From Prorocentrum cordatum (Eukaryota): DNA of 42,579 nt. Of the stretch, positions 10,821 to 23,332 are shown in pieces (positions within the stretch are counted from its first letter, which is position 1; each line of letters begins with the position of its first letter). The translations under genes and the position numbers were made by a program. The notes beneath the pieces were generated by a model. It saw only the letters and a program-made list of their open reading frames with translations, was not told where the DNA came from and ran no database searches. The stretch spans positions 620,001-662,579 of the forward strand of contig CAUYUJ010000292.1 of NCBI GenBank assembly GCA_963575745.1, in the 5' to 3' direction.

Positions 10821-11607
10821 CTCCAGGGCGGCGCCAAGGGCGGCGAAGCGGAGTCGGGGCAACGATGAGGTGGCTGAGACCGGCCCAAACCGCTTTGCGA
10901 TTGTATACGGGGGGGGGGTTAGGGGGACGAGTTGAGGAGGAGGATGAGGAGGAGACGCATAAAGAGGAGGGCGACGATGACAGCGCACACCTACGGAGCC
11001 AGCGTCAGGACCCCCCACGCACGCAGGACTGGAGGAGGAACATGAGGCGGAGGAGCAAAGAAGGAAGACCATCATCAGAAGGAAGATGCTTGTTGGTTTC
11101 AGCGGCGGTCAGCCACTCATTACGCGAGAGACAGGAGACGATGAGGTAGTAGAAAACGGGCAGACGGAGGAGACAACCGGGGGAGAAAGGGGGATAGGAG
11201 GAATATGGGAAGCAGGTTGAGGGTAGGAGGAAGAGAAGGAGGGCCCTGATGGGGAGAAAAAGAGGAGCGGGAGGAGGAGAAGCAAGTAAGAGCTGCGAGG
11301 AGGGCAGGAGGAAGAGGACCAGGATTACCCCTCCCCCCAGCCACAAACGCAAGCAATCATCTACCAGTCGTATACCTGCGGTGATCCAGGCACGGGACTG
11401 GCGCGCGTCCAAACACAAGCTGACACACCGGCAACAACGGGAAGGAGGAGGAGGATCCGCAAGAGGAGAGGCAGGAGGAGCTCCTGGTAGCGAGGAGGAT
11501 GGACGGGCGGAGGAGCGCGAGAAAGAGAGGGAGAGAGAGAGAGAGAGAGAGAGGGAGAGGGGAGCAGGATGAGGGGGAGGACGAGGCCGCCGATGAATGC
11601 AGCGCTC

Positions 11608-11698
11608 CTCGTGCGTGGCGCTGTCGGCCACCGCCGCTCGCCGCTGGCGGCCCTCGCCGCCGCTGTGGGCGTCCCTCCTCTCCCGGTCCGCGCCCGGC
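11608..11698 (-). CDS. Probable RRM protein exon (PGADRERRDAHSGGEGRQRRAAVADSATHE)
   Basis: Acceptor CGCAG|G (phase 2) and donor GAG|GA (phase 0) are in phase with the flanking exons. Confidence 0.7.
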
Positions 11699-12356
11699 CT
11701 GCGACGGCGACGGCGACGACGCCGACGACGACGAAACCGACCACGACGCCTCCTCATCCTCTCGATGCTGCGCTGCTCCTGGTTTGCCTATGGGTCCTCC
11801 CCTGCCTCCTCCTGATCTCAGAGAGAGCGCCTTTCACGGGCGCTTGCCTTGGGAACATTCGGCGGCGCGTTTCGAACTGGGGGGGCGCCCCCCCCCCAAC
11901 ACTCAGCGCCGTCGATCAGAACCAGGGGGACTCCCCTTCCCCCTAACCCCCTCCCCTCTCGAACCCCCCCCCTCTCCCAAGGGGCGGGGGGGTCCAAAAC
12001 CCGCCCCCCCTCCCCTGGCGCCGGCGCCAGCGCTGGCGGCCGCCGTATACCGCCAACGCAGCGACGATGACCAGAGAGAGCCCAGGAGGGGAGGGGGGGT
12101 TCAAACCCCTCCCCCTCCCCAACCCCCGCGCCAGCGCCGGCGCCGGCGCTGGCGGTGGTCAGCAGCGCCGACTTCGGAGACGCAGCGACGATGACCAGAG
12201 AGGGCCTAGAGGCCGCAGAGGGAACACACAAATCGCCATATCGAGCCCACGCATGCTCCTCAGACACCCCCGAGACCCTTCTGACGAGACCTCAAGAGGC
12301 AGCCATTAGGACTCTGACCCTTTGCCAAAACACAGTGGCGGGAAGAGCCGAAGGCC

Positions 12357-13135
12357 ACACCACCACCACCTCCGCCACCACAGACCACCATACCACCACC
12401 ACCACCGCCACCACCACAACCACTACCATAACCACCACAACCCACCATCACCACAACCACCACCATCACCACAAACCACCACCACCACCACCACCACCAC
12501 CACTACCACCACCACCACCACCACCACCACCACCACCAAAAACGCCACCACCAGCAACACCACGACCCACCACAACCCACCACAACCACCATCACCAGCA
12601 CCACAAACCACTACAACATTAACACCACCACCACCGCCACAACCACCACCATCACCACAACCCACCACCAACACCACCACCACAAACACCACACAACCAC
12701 CACAACCACCACCACCATCCACCACCCATCACCCACCACCACCACCACCACTCCTACCAGCAGCAGCACCGCCACCACCAACACCACAGCCCATCACCAC
12801 CACCACCACAAACCACCACGCCACCACCACCACCACCAACACCACCACAACCACCATCATCACCACCTCAACCCGCCACCACCACAACCACCAAACCACA
12901 ACACAACCAACACCACCACCACAGCCACCACCACCACCACAACAACTCACCACCATCACCATCACCAATACAACAACCCACCACCACTACCACCACCATC
13001 ACCACAGTCTACCACACCACCAACACCGCCACAACCACCACCACTACTACCGCAATACAACCCACCACCACCACCACCACAACCACCACAAACCACCTCA
13101 CCACCACCACCACCACCGCCGCCGCCACCACCAGC
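12357..13135. repeat. Degenerate (ACC)n tract
   Basis: Read directly from the sequence. Confidence 0.95.
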
Positions 13136-13929
13136 ACCCCCGCCGCCGCCGCCAGCCGCCGCCGACGCCGGCGCGGGCCCGAGGAAAGGGAGAGAGGAGA
13201 AGTAGGGGAAGGGGGGGGAGGGGGTGGGTGCGAACCCCCCGCCCCCCCTCCATCCATGGGGGGGGGGTCCGATTCCAAACCCCCCAAGCGACCACAGAAC
13301 GCCCTCTTTCTGATCTCACATCCTCCTCTTACTCTCCGGCTCCTCCTCCTTCTCCTCCTCCTCCTTCTCCACCTCGTCATCCAACTCTCCGTGCCGCTCC
13401 TCGTGGTCATTCCCCTCCCACCTTCTCCCTCCCCCTGGTCAAACTTTTTCCCCTCCTCCTCCTCTTCCTCCTCCTCCTCCTCCTCCTCCTCCCTGACCCT
13501 CCTCAATTATCCTCCCTCTGCAAATCACCCAAAGAGTGGCGGATTGGACTTGCACATGTTTCCCAACCCAGGATCTGGCCTGAATGAAAAGAGGGAGAGA
13601 GAGCGAGAGAGAGAGAGAGAACAAACAAGTGAGAGATAGAAAGAGTAAACAAAACATATATGTAATCAGGATCTGAGGATCTGGCCTGTATGGCCTTTCC
13701 GAACTTTCTCCCCCCCTCCCCTCCTCCCCCTCTTCCTCCAACTCACCCTCCTCATCTTTCCGCTTCTCCAACCTAGTCCACCCCGTCCTCCCCGTCCCCA
13801 CCCGCCCTCCTCCGCGCCCTCCTCCTGCGGCGCCCTCCCTCCTCGTGGTCCTCCTTTTCCTCGAGACCCTCTCCTTCCCGCCCGCCCCCCCTCCCCCTCT
13901 CCCTGGCGTTTATGATGTTTGTGTGTTTA

Positions 13930-14255
13930 TCTCTCTGTTTCTCTCCCTCTCTCTCTCCCCCTCTCTCTGCCTCTCTTGATTACGGTTTCGCTTGCTTTCT
14001 CTCTCTCCCTCTCTCTCTTTCTCTTTATATATCTCGCGCTTTGTTTTTGTGTTTGGGCTGGTTCCCTCTCTCTCTCTCTCGCTCTCTGTATCTCTTGGTT
14101 CTGGTTCGTTTTGAGATCCCTCTCTCTCTCTCTCTTTTTGTGTATGGTATCTCCCTCTCTCTTGCTTATGGTTAGTGTTGCTCTCTCTCTCTCTATACTG
14201 GCGCTTATTTGTTTTGTTATCTCACTCTCTCTCTCTCTCTCTCTTTCTCGAAAGG

Positions 14256-14289
<34 letters not shown>

Positions 14290-14592
14290 CAGAGAGAGAG
14301 AGAGAGAGGAAGAAAGAGAGAGAGAGAGAGAGGGAGAGAGAGAGAGAGGGAGAGGAGGCGGGGAAAGAGGAGGAGGAGGAGGAAGGAGGAGGAAGGAGGA
14401 GGAGGAGGAGGGAGGGAGGGAGGAGGAGGAGGAGGAGGAGGAGGAGGAGGAGGAGGAGGAGGAGGAGGAGGAGGAGGAGGAGGAGGAGGAGGGGGAGGGA
14501 GGAGGAGGAGGAGGAGGAGGATGAGGGAGGAGGAGGAGGAGGGAGGGGAGGAGGAGGAGGAGGCAGGAGCAGGAGGAGGCAGGAGGAGGAGG
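13930..14592. repeat. Compound (CT)n, (GA)n, (GGA)n tract
   Basis: Read directly from the sequence. Confidence 0.95.
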
Positions 14593-14698
14593 ACAAGGCG
14601 GACGAGCCCCGTCTCCCTCCCTCCCTCCCCGCGGCCCCCGCCTGCCCCTCGCGCCGCCCCGCGCGCCCCGGGCGCCCTCGTGGCGCGCGGCGTCCCTC

Positions 14699-14787
14699 CT
14701 GTCCTGCCCAGGCGCCATGCGCTCCGCCTTCGAGAGGGCCTCCGCGGCAGCCCCGCAATGCTTGGAGGCCACGCCTAATGCGAGGGC
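14699..14787 (-). CDS. Probable RRM protein exon (ALALGVASKHCGAAAEALSKAERMAPGQD); alternative acceptor at 14774
   Basis: Non-repetitive island between microsatellites. The donor GACAG|GA (phase 2) joins to 11698. Acceptors CGAG|GCC or TTAG|GC. Confidence 0.62.
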
Positions 14788-14841
14788 CTCGGGTCTGAGC
14801 CGAACGGCTGCCGGGCACGACATGCCCACAGCACGCGCGGC

Positions 14842-14904
14842 GCACACACACACAGGCACACACGCGACACACGCGCGACACACGCGCGACACACACACAC
14901 ACAG

Positions 14905-14935
<31 letters not shown>

Positions 14936-15263
14936 CGGCACACACACACGTACGCGATACACACATACGCGATACACACACGACGCACACACACACACAC
15001 GCACGACACACGCACACATACACACACGACACACACACACACACGAACCCACGCACGCACGCACGCATACACGCACGACCCACACACACACGAACCCACG
15101 CACGCACGCACGCACACACACACACACACGCACACGACACACGCAAACAGACACACACGCGCACACACAAACGCACACACACACACCACACACCACACCA
15201 CACACATACACGCGACACCCACGCAACACACAAAGACACACAATAAACACACACACACACACC

Positions 15264-15357
<94 letters not shown>

Positions 15358-15460
15358 CAACACACACACACACGCACACACACACACACACACACGCACG
15401 CACACACACACACTGACACACATACACGTGGACACCTACACACGCACACACACACACACA
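14842..15460. repeat. Degenerate (CA)n with an internal (CAA)n at about 15262-15355
   Basis: Read directly from the sequence. Confidence 0.95.
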
Positions 15461-15556
15461 CTTGTTTGGCGTCGCGGCCACGAGTGCGGCGGCGCGGCGC
15501 AGGTCACGTTGAGAGTGAGCGCGCGGGCTGGCCCAGCTCACGCAGCGGGGAGAAGC

Positions 15557-15587
15557 TGGATCCACCCACGGGGCATCGTCATCATCA
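15557..15587 (-). CDS. Possible micro-exon of the RRM gene (DDDDAPWVDP)
   Basis: AG acceptor (phase 2) and GC donor (phase 0) fit the neighbouring candidate exons. The exon is short, so support is weak. Confidence 0.4.
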
Positions 15588-16019
15588 CTCGCGGGGCGGG
15601 GCAGCCGCGAGGGTACAGTCAAAACGTTTATTAAGGACGGGTGGTGAGGACGCAAGACCCTTGGAGGCCGAAGTTGGATTTTTGGGGCGGGGGGCGGCCA
15701 GTGAAAACGGCGAAGGACGGGCCGCAGAGGCAAGGACTCAAGGGTACCCAAGATGAAGGCATGCGTCCTTACTACGCGCGCTGCCTGTAAGGGACGAGGG
15801 GGAAGAGGGGAACCTGGGGAAAAGAGGACATGGAGGAGCAGCGCGGCGGAAAACAGGCCGAAGCGCCAAGCGAGGCTCAGCAGGACTGCGGCCACAGCCA
15901 CCGTTCAGGAAAGAGGGCAGCACGCGGAAGCCTGAGCCGACCAGGGAGCACCCAGGGGGCAGCAGCAAGGCGGACAGGCAGCGCCCAAGCGAGGAGGGGT
16001 AAGGCAACGGCGCAAGGGA

Positions 16020-16297
16020 CACGCGCACGGACGCAAACACAAACATACACAAACACACACGCAAACACACACACAGGCAGACACAAGCACACAGAAGCAC
16101 GCACACAAGCACTTTTACACTTTCTTGGGGCAGTCGCGGCCTCGCACCCGGCGACGAGGCGAAGCAAACACACGCACACACACAAACACACAAACACAAA
16201 TATACACACACTTACCCTTTTCTTGGGGGCGGTCGCGGCCTCGCACGCGGCGGCGAGGCGAAGCAACCACAAGCACGCGCACACACGCAAACACACA

Positions 16298-16340
<43 letters not shown>
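16020..16340. repeat. (CA)-rich tract with an about 60-bp internal duplication (16121 and 16220)
   Basis: TTCTTGGGG..GTCGCGGCCTCGCAC..GGCG.CGAGGCGAAGCAA occurs twice. Confidence 0.9.
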
Positions 16341-16342
<2 letters not shown>

Positions 16343-17621
16343 CAACACTCGACTGGCGTCGGGCATGCTTCAAATGCCGGTCGGTCGTGTGGCCCGTCTT
16401 CTGCCGCGTACCAGTGGTTGCATCATGTGATGTGCTTGCATGTGCGCTGTCCGTACTTCGTAGCAGCGAGGCTACGTGTACGACTGGCGAATACACGATC
16501 TTACCGAGATTGAGGGTTGGAACTCTCCAGATTGGATTCCAATCTCTCGCCGCACGACTCGCAATCGATCCACTATCAATTTGTCAAGTACAATATGGTT
16601 TTCATGTGGTTCAATTAGTCTACGTTGGGCGTGCTGAATCAATAACTCACGCAGGATGCTCAACTTCCCAACCTGTATCTACGCGTGCCTTACATTCGAT
16701 TGCCATTGTTGTTCACAATTGTTTCAAATTGGGCCTGGACACTTGGTTCAACCTGTTTGATACGTTCGACACAGATACTACGCACGTTCGGTTTACATCC
16801 AAGTCAGTCAGGACACAGTCAAGACAGCACCAACATGCCATCTGAGCATCATCGGAATACCATCAACAAATAATCGGGGCACTGCCAAGAAACTGTAGAG
16901 GCACCACCACCACCACTGGGACACAACCAACAAGCCATCCAGATACCACCAGGGCACAATCAACACAACATTGGAGCACAATCGACAGACTGTGAGGAAG
17001 CAATCGGGGCCCTATCGGAATACCACCGACAAACCATCGAGGGCACGCCGACGCCAAAGCATGAGGACACGCCAAACGCCGAACGAGGACGCCCGCCCGG
17101 CGGCGGAGTTGGAATCCTGAGCGCGGCCGCCAGCGCCACGATATCACGCGCACGACTACGCACCCCCGACCCGTCACGCACGACACGCAAGCGAAGCCCG
17201 AAACTGGATCCTCCGATATGAGAGGCAGGAGCTGCATAAACATAAACTTTGGGAGGTCTGCGATGATTCTGGGATCCCCTCCCTGTCGCGCGGAGCGCGC
17301 CAGGGGCGGCGCTGGAGGCGCCGCCGGGGGGCCCAGCGCCGATCCAAGAATCCGCGGGAGCTCCAGGAAAATATGTGTATGCCTTTGTCTGCTCTTCGAG
17401 ATCACAGGGTTTGCCACCCCTACATCCATGAGCACCGTCTAACTGGCCCCCATCCCTATGGGCGTGGCCTGGGCCCACTGGCCAGTTTGCCTCCGTAGTT
17501 GGGGATATGGGCTGTTCCCGTCCGGTCTCGAGAGGTGTATACCCAACTGGGGTGCTGATATTGTAGGGTTCTGGACAGGGATGGGGACGGGGACAGGGGT
17601 CGGTTATTCGATGCTGACTCC

Positions 17622-17808
17622 CCAGATCCCCGACGTCATGATTGTTTCATTGCGTCGACCCCTGGAGGTCTCGACCCATTCCCCTGGACCGTTTTTTTCT
17701 CCTGAGTCGTTGTTTGACGGTCCCGAGGGCCCAAAAAGGCCCTCGGAGGCCGGAAATAGCAAAACACCTCCCGTCATGATTTTTTCATTGCCCGAAGGGG
17801 TTGGGGTC
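17622..17808. repeat. Family E repeat (other copies at about 34846-35030, split at 34108-34440 and split at 23361-23972)
   Basis: Shared CCCCGACGTCAT...GACGGTCCC..GAGGCCG.AAA...CCTCCCGTC.TGATTTTTT...GGGG; ends CAGACCCC / GGGGTCTG. Confidence 0.65.
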
Positions 17809-17879
17809 CAATGGCTCTGGGCAAGTCGTTGGCCACTAGAATCCGGCCCTCGGAAGCGCCGGCTCCTTGCACTACACTC

Positions 17880-18290
17880 GAGGCCAGTCTTCAAGAAACC
17901 TTCCACAAGAAACCCAGCCCTGAGACCCCAGGACGCCCATCGATTTTTGGCGCAGGAACGTCTCACGCTTTCCATGTCAACACCATCGAAACCCAAGAAA
18001 CCCAGGGCGCCCTGGAGGCAAGCAGGTTGTTTCTTGGCATGGGCCCCCGACTGTAGTCCAGCCGCCCTCTGGGGCGCCGGTGGCTGCGGTGCCGGCTCCT
18101 GACCAATAGGTCCTGCCGTGCAGGAGTGGTGCTCCCAAACCCAACTGGAGGTCTGGACCCCTCAGGGCCCCCCAGGATTCCCCAGGATTCCCCAGGAGGA
18201 GGAGGAGGAGGAGGAGGAGGAGGACGAGGAGGAGGAGGAGGAGGAGGAGGAGGAGGAGGAGGAGAGGGGCGAGGAGGAGGAGGAGGAGGA
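17880..18290 (+). repeat. Dispersed repeat family D, copy 1 (ends in a GGA tract)
   Basis: Highly similar to the reverse complement of 20405-20775. Confidence 0.88.
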
Positions 18291-19295
18291 TTCCCCAAGA
18301 TCCTTATATATTCCCAAGGACTCCTGGGAGGGCGTCACGAAGCCTCCAAAAGCCGGGGACTTCCGAAAACGGCACCTCGCCCATGAGCTGGTGGCGACAC
18401 GCGATGCGCACAGTCTGCTTCGACCTGTCGGTAGTGCGAGGGCCACTTGTCAGACATTTGCAATGGCCTGAAACTGCAATGTGCCACGCACTCGACAGAT
18501 TTGAAATGAGGGGCCCATCAAAACGGATGTCTCATATGTCTGGCGATTCGACGGGCGTCCCGAATATCACCTGGACTGTCCTGGGGGCTCTTCCATTTGA
18601 AGACTATGCCCGCAGAAACCTTAGATACGCTCCTCAGGGATGCATACCCGATCTCGCCAGCCATGGCATCAACAATGCGTGACTATTTTTGCTACACCGT
18701 GAGGCTTGAGTCGCGTGCGCTATGTGCGCGCTGTTTGGGCATCGAAAGATGTGCACAGGGTACCCTCTACTCAAACAGCTAGCATGCTGAAATAGTGCAG
18801 GCGGCGATGACCTTATTGTACTGTTCTGTCGAGTCGCCCTGTATACAATGACGCTTTGAAATAGGCTGTGTACGTCAAAAAATAAACCAGAGCAGGTTGA
18901 TTCGACTAATCATGCACCTGTACATGTGATTGCTCGGATGACCCGCACATCTACCAAGGCCATCACCAGGGCTTTCTCCTGGAAGCGCGCACATGCGCAA
19001 GCCGATTACGATCTCGAGTGATACAATGCGCGCGACTAGGCAAACCGCTCTGAGCATGAGCATGCCTTCGCGCCCGAAGACTGAAAGTGAAGACTGGGGG
19101 CCGTATGCGAAGGCTCCAGCCTGCTCGAATTGTGCGCGTGAGCATGGATGGTATCGCACACTCGGATAAACTCAATCTGCTCGCCCCGAGCTGCTTCCGG
19201 AGGGGCCGAGCACGACCGCAGCACCGACCTCCGCCCATGTCGTTCCGCAGGCGGGGCAGGAGGAGCTGTACAAATGCCGTGGGCGTGCAGTCTGC

Positions 19296-19408
19296 CTGTA
19301 CGGCAGGCAGCTCTGAGCTCGTCGCTGCGGGCCTGGACAGGCACGCTGCAGCACGGCCTCCTCGTAGACGGTGACGGGCACTGCAGCTACCGAGCTGCAA
19401 GAGATCAT
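19296..19408 (-). CDS. Candidate first coding exon of the RRM gene (MISCSSVAAVPVTVYEEAVLQRACPGPQRRAQSCLPY)
   Basis: GCCGCCATG start context. The donor ACAG|GC (phase 2) fits the 15587 acceptor. Confidence 0.5.
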
Positions 19409-20119
19409 GGCGGCAACTGTTGCTGGACTGGGTCAGCAACGTGCAGGGGGGAAGGGGGGGAGGAGTAGCGGGTACGTATTTGGGAGGCAGGGGGAAGGAA
19501 AGAGAAGGGTGGGGGACCGACGACCCAGAACACGCTTATGTTGCATTGTCGGGGGACCTTGCCTGTCCCGTCGCGCCGCTGTAGGCGCCGAATCCATGTC
19601 GACTCCGTGTCGGACTCGCCGACTCCTCGCCGAATCCACGCCAAACCCGTGCCGAGTCCACATCGAACCCGCGTCGGGCACGAGAAAAGACAACAATATT
19701 GGGCACAGACGAGGTCTCCCGAACGTGCTACGTGAAGACGCGTGTTGACGCTCACGTGTGCTTGTCCACTGGCGGCCTTCAGTAAGTCTACGGGGACGCA
19801 GGTGCACTGGGCGCACTACGGCAGAGGGACACGATTACTGAACACTCCCCCTCCCCCCCAAACTCTCAAAGTTGGCACGCGCGGGGGAGACTGCGGTCGA
19901 GGTGCAACTCATCAGACCCACCGCCAACTCTGAACATTTGGGAGGAGGGGGACGCGTTGACAGACGAATGTGGCAGGAGTGTTCGCTACTTTTGTCCGAG
20001 GCCTGTACCGTGGAGGGGAGGCAAAGGGAAGAAAAGGGACGGGTGAGAGACCGACGGTCCAGTAGACGCATGTTGACGCTCGCGTGGGCCTGTCCGCTGG
20101 CGGTCTCCAGCAAGTCTAC

Positions 20120-20281
20120 TTGGGTCTGGCATGTCCTCCTACAGGCGGATTTTTGGAGGACGCATAAAACATAGTCAAACAAATGTCCAACAATAATCAA
20201 AACCTAGTCGAAAAATCGTGCCCCGACCATTTTTGGACTACTGTTGGACATTTCTCCATTCGATGGACACGCCCGACTAAA
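20120..20281. mobile_element. MITE family F copy
   Basis: Starts TTGGGTCTGGCATGTCCTCCTACAGG and ends GGACACGCCCGACTAAA. Confidence 0.72.
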
Positions 20282-20404
20282 AAAAAAAAAAAACTATATG
20301 CGGGCGCAGGTGAACTGGGCGCCGCCCCCTCCCCTCCAGCTCCGCTGGACTACCACGCTCTCCATTGGCCGCCGAGTTGAGAGGCATCGATAGCCCTCCC
20401 CCCG

Positions 20405-20775
20405 CCTCGTCCTCCTCCTCCTCCTCCTCCTCCTCTTCCTCCTCCTCCTCCTCCTCCTCCTCCTCCTGCTGCTGGGGAATCCTGGGAGGCCCTGAGGGGT
20501 CCAGGCCCCCAATCGGGTTTGGCAGCACCACCCCTGCACGGCAAGACCTGTTGGTCAGGAGCCGGCACCGCAGCCACCGGCGCCCCAGAATGCGGATGGA
20601 CTACAGTCGGGGGCCCATGCCAAGAAACACCCTGCTTGCCTCCAGGGCGCCCTGGGTTGCTTGGGTTTCGATAGCTTTGCAGTGGGAAGCGCGACGTTCC
20701 CACACAAAAAATTCATGGACGTCCTGGGGTCTCAGGGTTGGGTTTCTTGTGGAAGGTTTCTTGTGGACTGGCCTC
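20405..20775 (-). repeat. Dispersed repeat family D, copy 2 (inverted)
   Basis: Inverted partner of 17880-18290. Confidence 0.88.
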
Positions 20776-21498
20776 CACTCTAGGGGGGGCCAGAAGCGCC
20801 CCCAAAACGCCCCCACACGGCCGCAAGTCATCAATTTTGAGCCTCCGAGAGGGGGAGCTGAATTTACGAACCGCCGTCCTTTTGAACAGTGAGCCCGAAG
20901 TTGCCTCAGGAGGTCTCTCAGGCCCACAGGCACAACGGGGGGGAACATCGACCCGGAATCGGCGAAAAATCGCGGACAGATCGGCGAGAGGCGCCCGATG
21001 GCGAATCCCCACGACCCTGAGAGGAGTGGGGCTATCAGGCCCTACATCATGTAGCCTACATCGGCGATCAGCGGGCGATTGGGGGTCGATGCGTCCCCCC
21101 TAAGCAATCCCCTTGTATCGATGCCCCTGGCGAGGGGAGGAGAAGAAGGACCGGTGGCCTGGAGCGGCTCCCGTCGGCGGTCTGCAACATCCCCGAGAGC
21201 CGACGTTGTCGAAAAGTGGCAACATCGCAAAACATCACCACCTTAACCACGGGCCCCATCTTTCTGCGTCATCTTCCGAGGGGTCGGCGAGGGCCCCGGG
21301 GCCCGGAACCGGGCGAAAACGCCCTCGGTGAAAAAATGGCAACGCCAGTATTCGAACAAGTAAAATCAACATCAACATGCGGAATTGTGGGATCTGCGCT
21401 GCGCCCCTCCCTGGCCTGCGGGGCACGCCAGGGGCGGCGCTGGAGGCGCCGCCGGGGGTCCCAGCGCGGATCCAAGAAATCCGCGTGGAGCGCCAAAA

Positions 21499-21669
21499 TC
21501 GGCGGTGGACAAATCTCCCTGTAGTAGACCTCCCCTTAGTGAAAACGGCCTGGGGCCGAAACTGACGGACCTGGACCCGCAAAAGTGACGGCCGCGACGC
21601 CCTCTCGCGAACCGAAAACGGCCAATTCCTGAATCGACGCGTCAAGGTAGGAGGTCTGTCCACCCCCGA
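21499..21669. mobile_element. 171-bp MITE family A, copy 2
   Basis: Colinear with 2618-2788. Confidence 0.85.
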
Positions 21670-21742
21670 CAAAAGTTCATGCTCATGGCGTTTCTTCTTC
21701 TGCGACGTATCTCAATTGAGCAGGGACCGACCGTCCCAGCAT

Positions 21743-21921
21743 TCCTATAGTCCTACCACGAGATATTCGTAGAACCCAAAGATGTTCTAATAACAAAAAC
21801 AATGTTCTTAGAACATAAACCCGATGTGATAAAGCAGGACAGGCTCCGCCAGAAATGTTCAAAGGACATTTCGTGGAAGCCCCAAAGGGTTCTTTGAACA
21901 TTGTTTGGTAGGGCTATAGGA
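21743..21921. mobile_element. MITE-like element with AT-rich core
   Basis: TIR TCCTATAGTCCTACCA / TGGTAGGGCTATAGGA (1 mismatch). Confidence 0.7.
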
Positions 21922-22673
21922 GCGGCGCGTGAGCCGCGGGGCGGGCACGAGGGCGGGAGCGGCCCGGCCCCAGAGAGAGAAGCGGGCAGTGCGGGATCCC
22001 CCGCGGGCTTGCACATCTGGGGGCCGGCTCGTCGCACCGAGGCGCTCCCTTGGCCAGGCGAGCCCCGAATCGAATCGATGTCGGATCGGCGATCGGAAAG
22101 AATCAAGAGTCGGATCGGCGGAGATCGGCCCCCAATCCGTGAAAGGTCGGATCAGCAGAAGTCGGCATGCTTGTAAGGCCTCCAGTAGGACATCGGCGCG
22201 TCGGGGCCCAGATCGGAACCCGAAGTCGAATCGAATCGGAATCGGAAGCCATCAAAACTGAATCGAACCGAATCGGAGGAATCGAAATGAGCCCTGAGAA
22301 GCCCGGCGGGCGTCTGAGAAGCCCCGCGGTTTTCTTACCCCCCCCCCCTCTCCTGCCCCCCCCCCCGGTGGGCGCCGCGAATCCACGGCACAGGGGCCAC
22401 GAAGGGCCAAGATGTTTTGCGTGGCAGCCTTGGGGACGCATGAGATGACACCACGCACGGCAGCGGCGATCCGGGCAAGAGCGCATGGCACAAGAAGCGT
22501 CCTCTCGGAAAAAACACCAAATGAGAGCCGAGGGCGGAGAAGGACACCCGGGCCTCCGGGCACTTATATGTATCCGCGGGCGCCAGGGTGTGCGAGACGG
22601 CCGGGCGCCAGTCAGAGCGAGCGGTGGGCCGCACTGGAAGCGAAACGAACATCCTCTGGGTTTCTTACTACTT

Positions 22674-22967
22674 AAGCGTGGGGGGGGTACCCCCCCGCAG
22701 ACGGGGGTCAACCTCGCCTCGTCGTCGCGCCGCGACGGGGGTCGGGGCGACTTCGGCGCGCGGTGGCTGCCCGCGACGGGGGTCGATGTGGGGGACGAAT
22801 CTACTCCGAGTTTCTTAATAAGCGTCGGGGGGGCGTCACCCCCGCCGACAGACCCACATCGACCCCCGTCGCGGGCAGCCACCACGCGCCGAAGGCGCTC
22901 CGAGCCCCGTCGCGGCGCGACGACGAGGCGAGGTTGACACCCGTCGGGGGGGTACCCCCCCACGCTT
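22674..22967. repeat. Foldback element with about 115-120-bp inverted arms and about 60-bp spacer
   Basis: 22674-22792 is the near reverse complement of 22853-22967. Confidence 0.88.
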
Positions 22968-23168
22968 GTAAAGGAACCCCGAGCAGGCACGAAGCGGAAG
23001 GGCACGAGCCGAGAGAAAGACTAAGGCGGAGCCCGATCAGACCGGGCGGGTCGGCGCGGGAGCGCGGGGAGGGTACGCGGCCGCGCACGAGCAGCGGGCC
23101 ACCTGCGCGAGGTGGGAGGCCTTGCAGGAGCTGAGGTCAGCCGGGCCCCCCGACATCCTACGCTGGCG

Positions 23169-23332
23169 TCAGGTCGGACATGTCCTCCTACAGGCGCATT
23201 TTCGGGAGAGAAGCAAAAATGAAGCGTATGCAAACATAGCAAGCCATCGTCAACATTATAGGAACATCCGCTCCAGACTAATTTCTGCTTATTTTTGGAC
23301 ACTCCTCTTTTAATGGGACACGCCCGACTTAA
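23169..23332. mobile_element. MITE family F copy
   Basis: Same TIRs. Degenerate TSD CGCTGGCG / CGCTAGCA. Confidence 0.78.

Noticed and set aside
12322..16513. Long ORFs rich in Thr/His/Pro, Cys/Val or Glu/Arg
   Set aside because: Translations of (ACC)n, (CA)n, (GA)n and (GGA)n repeats.
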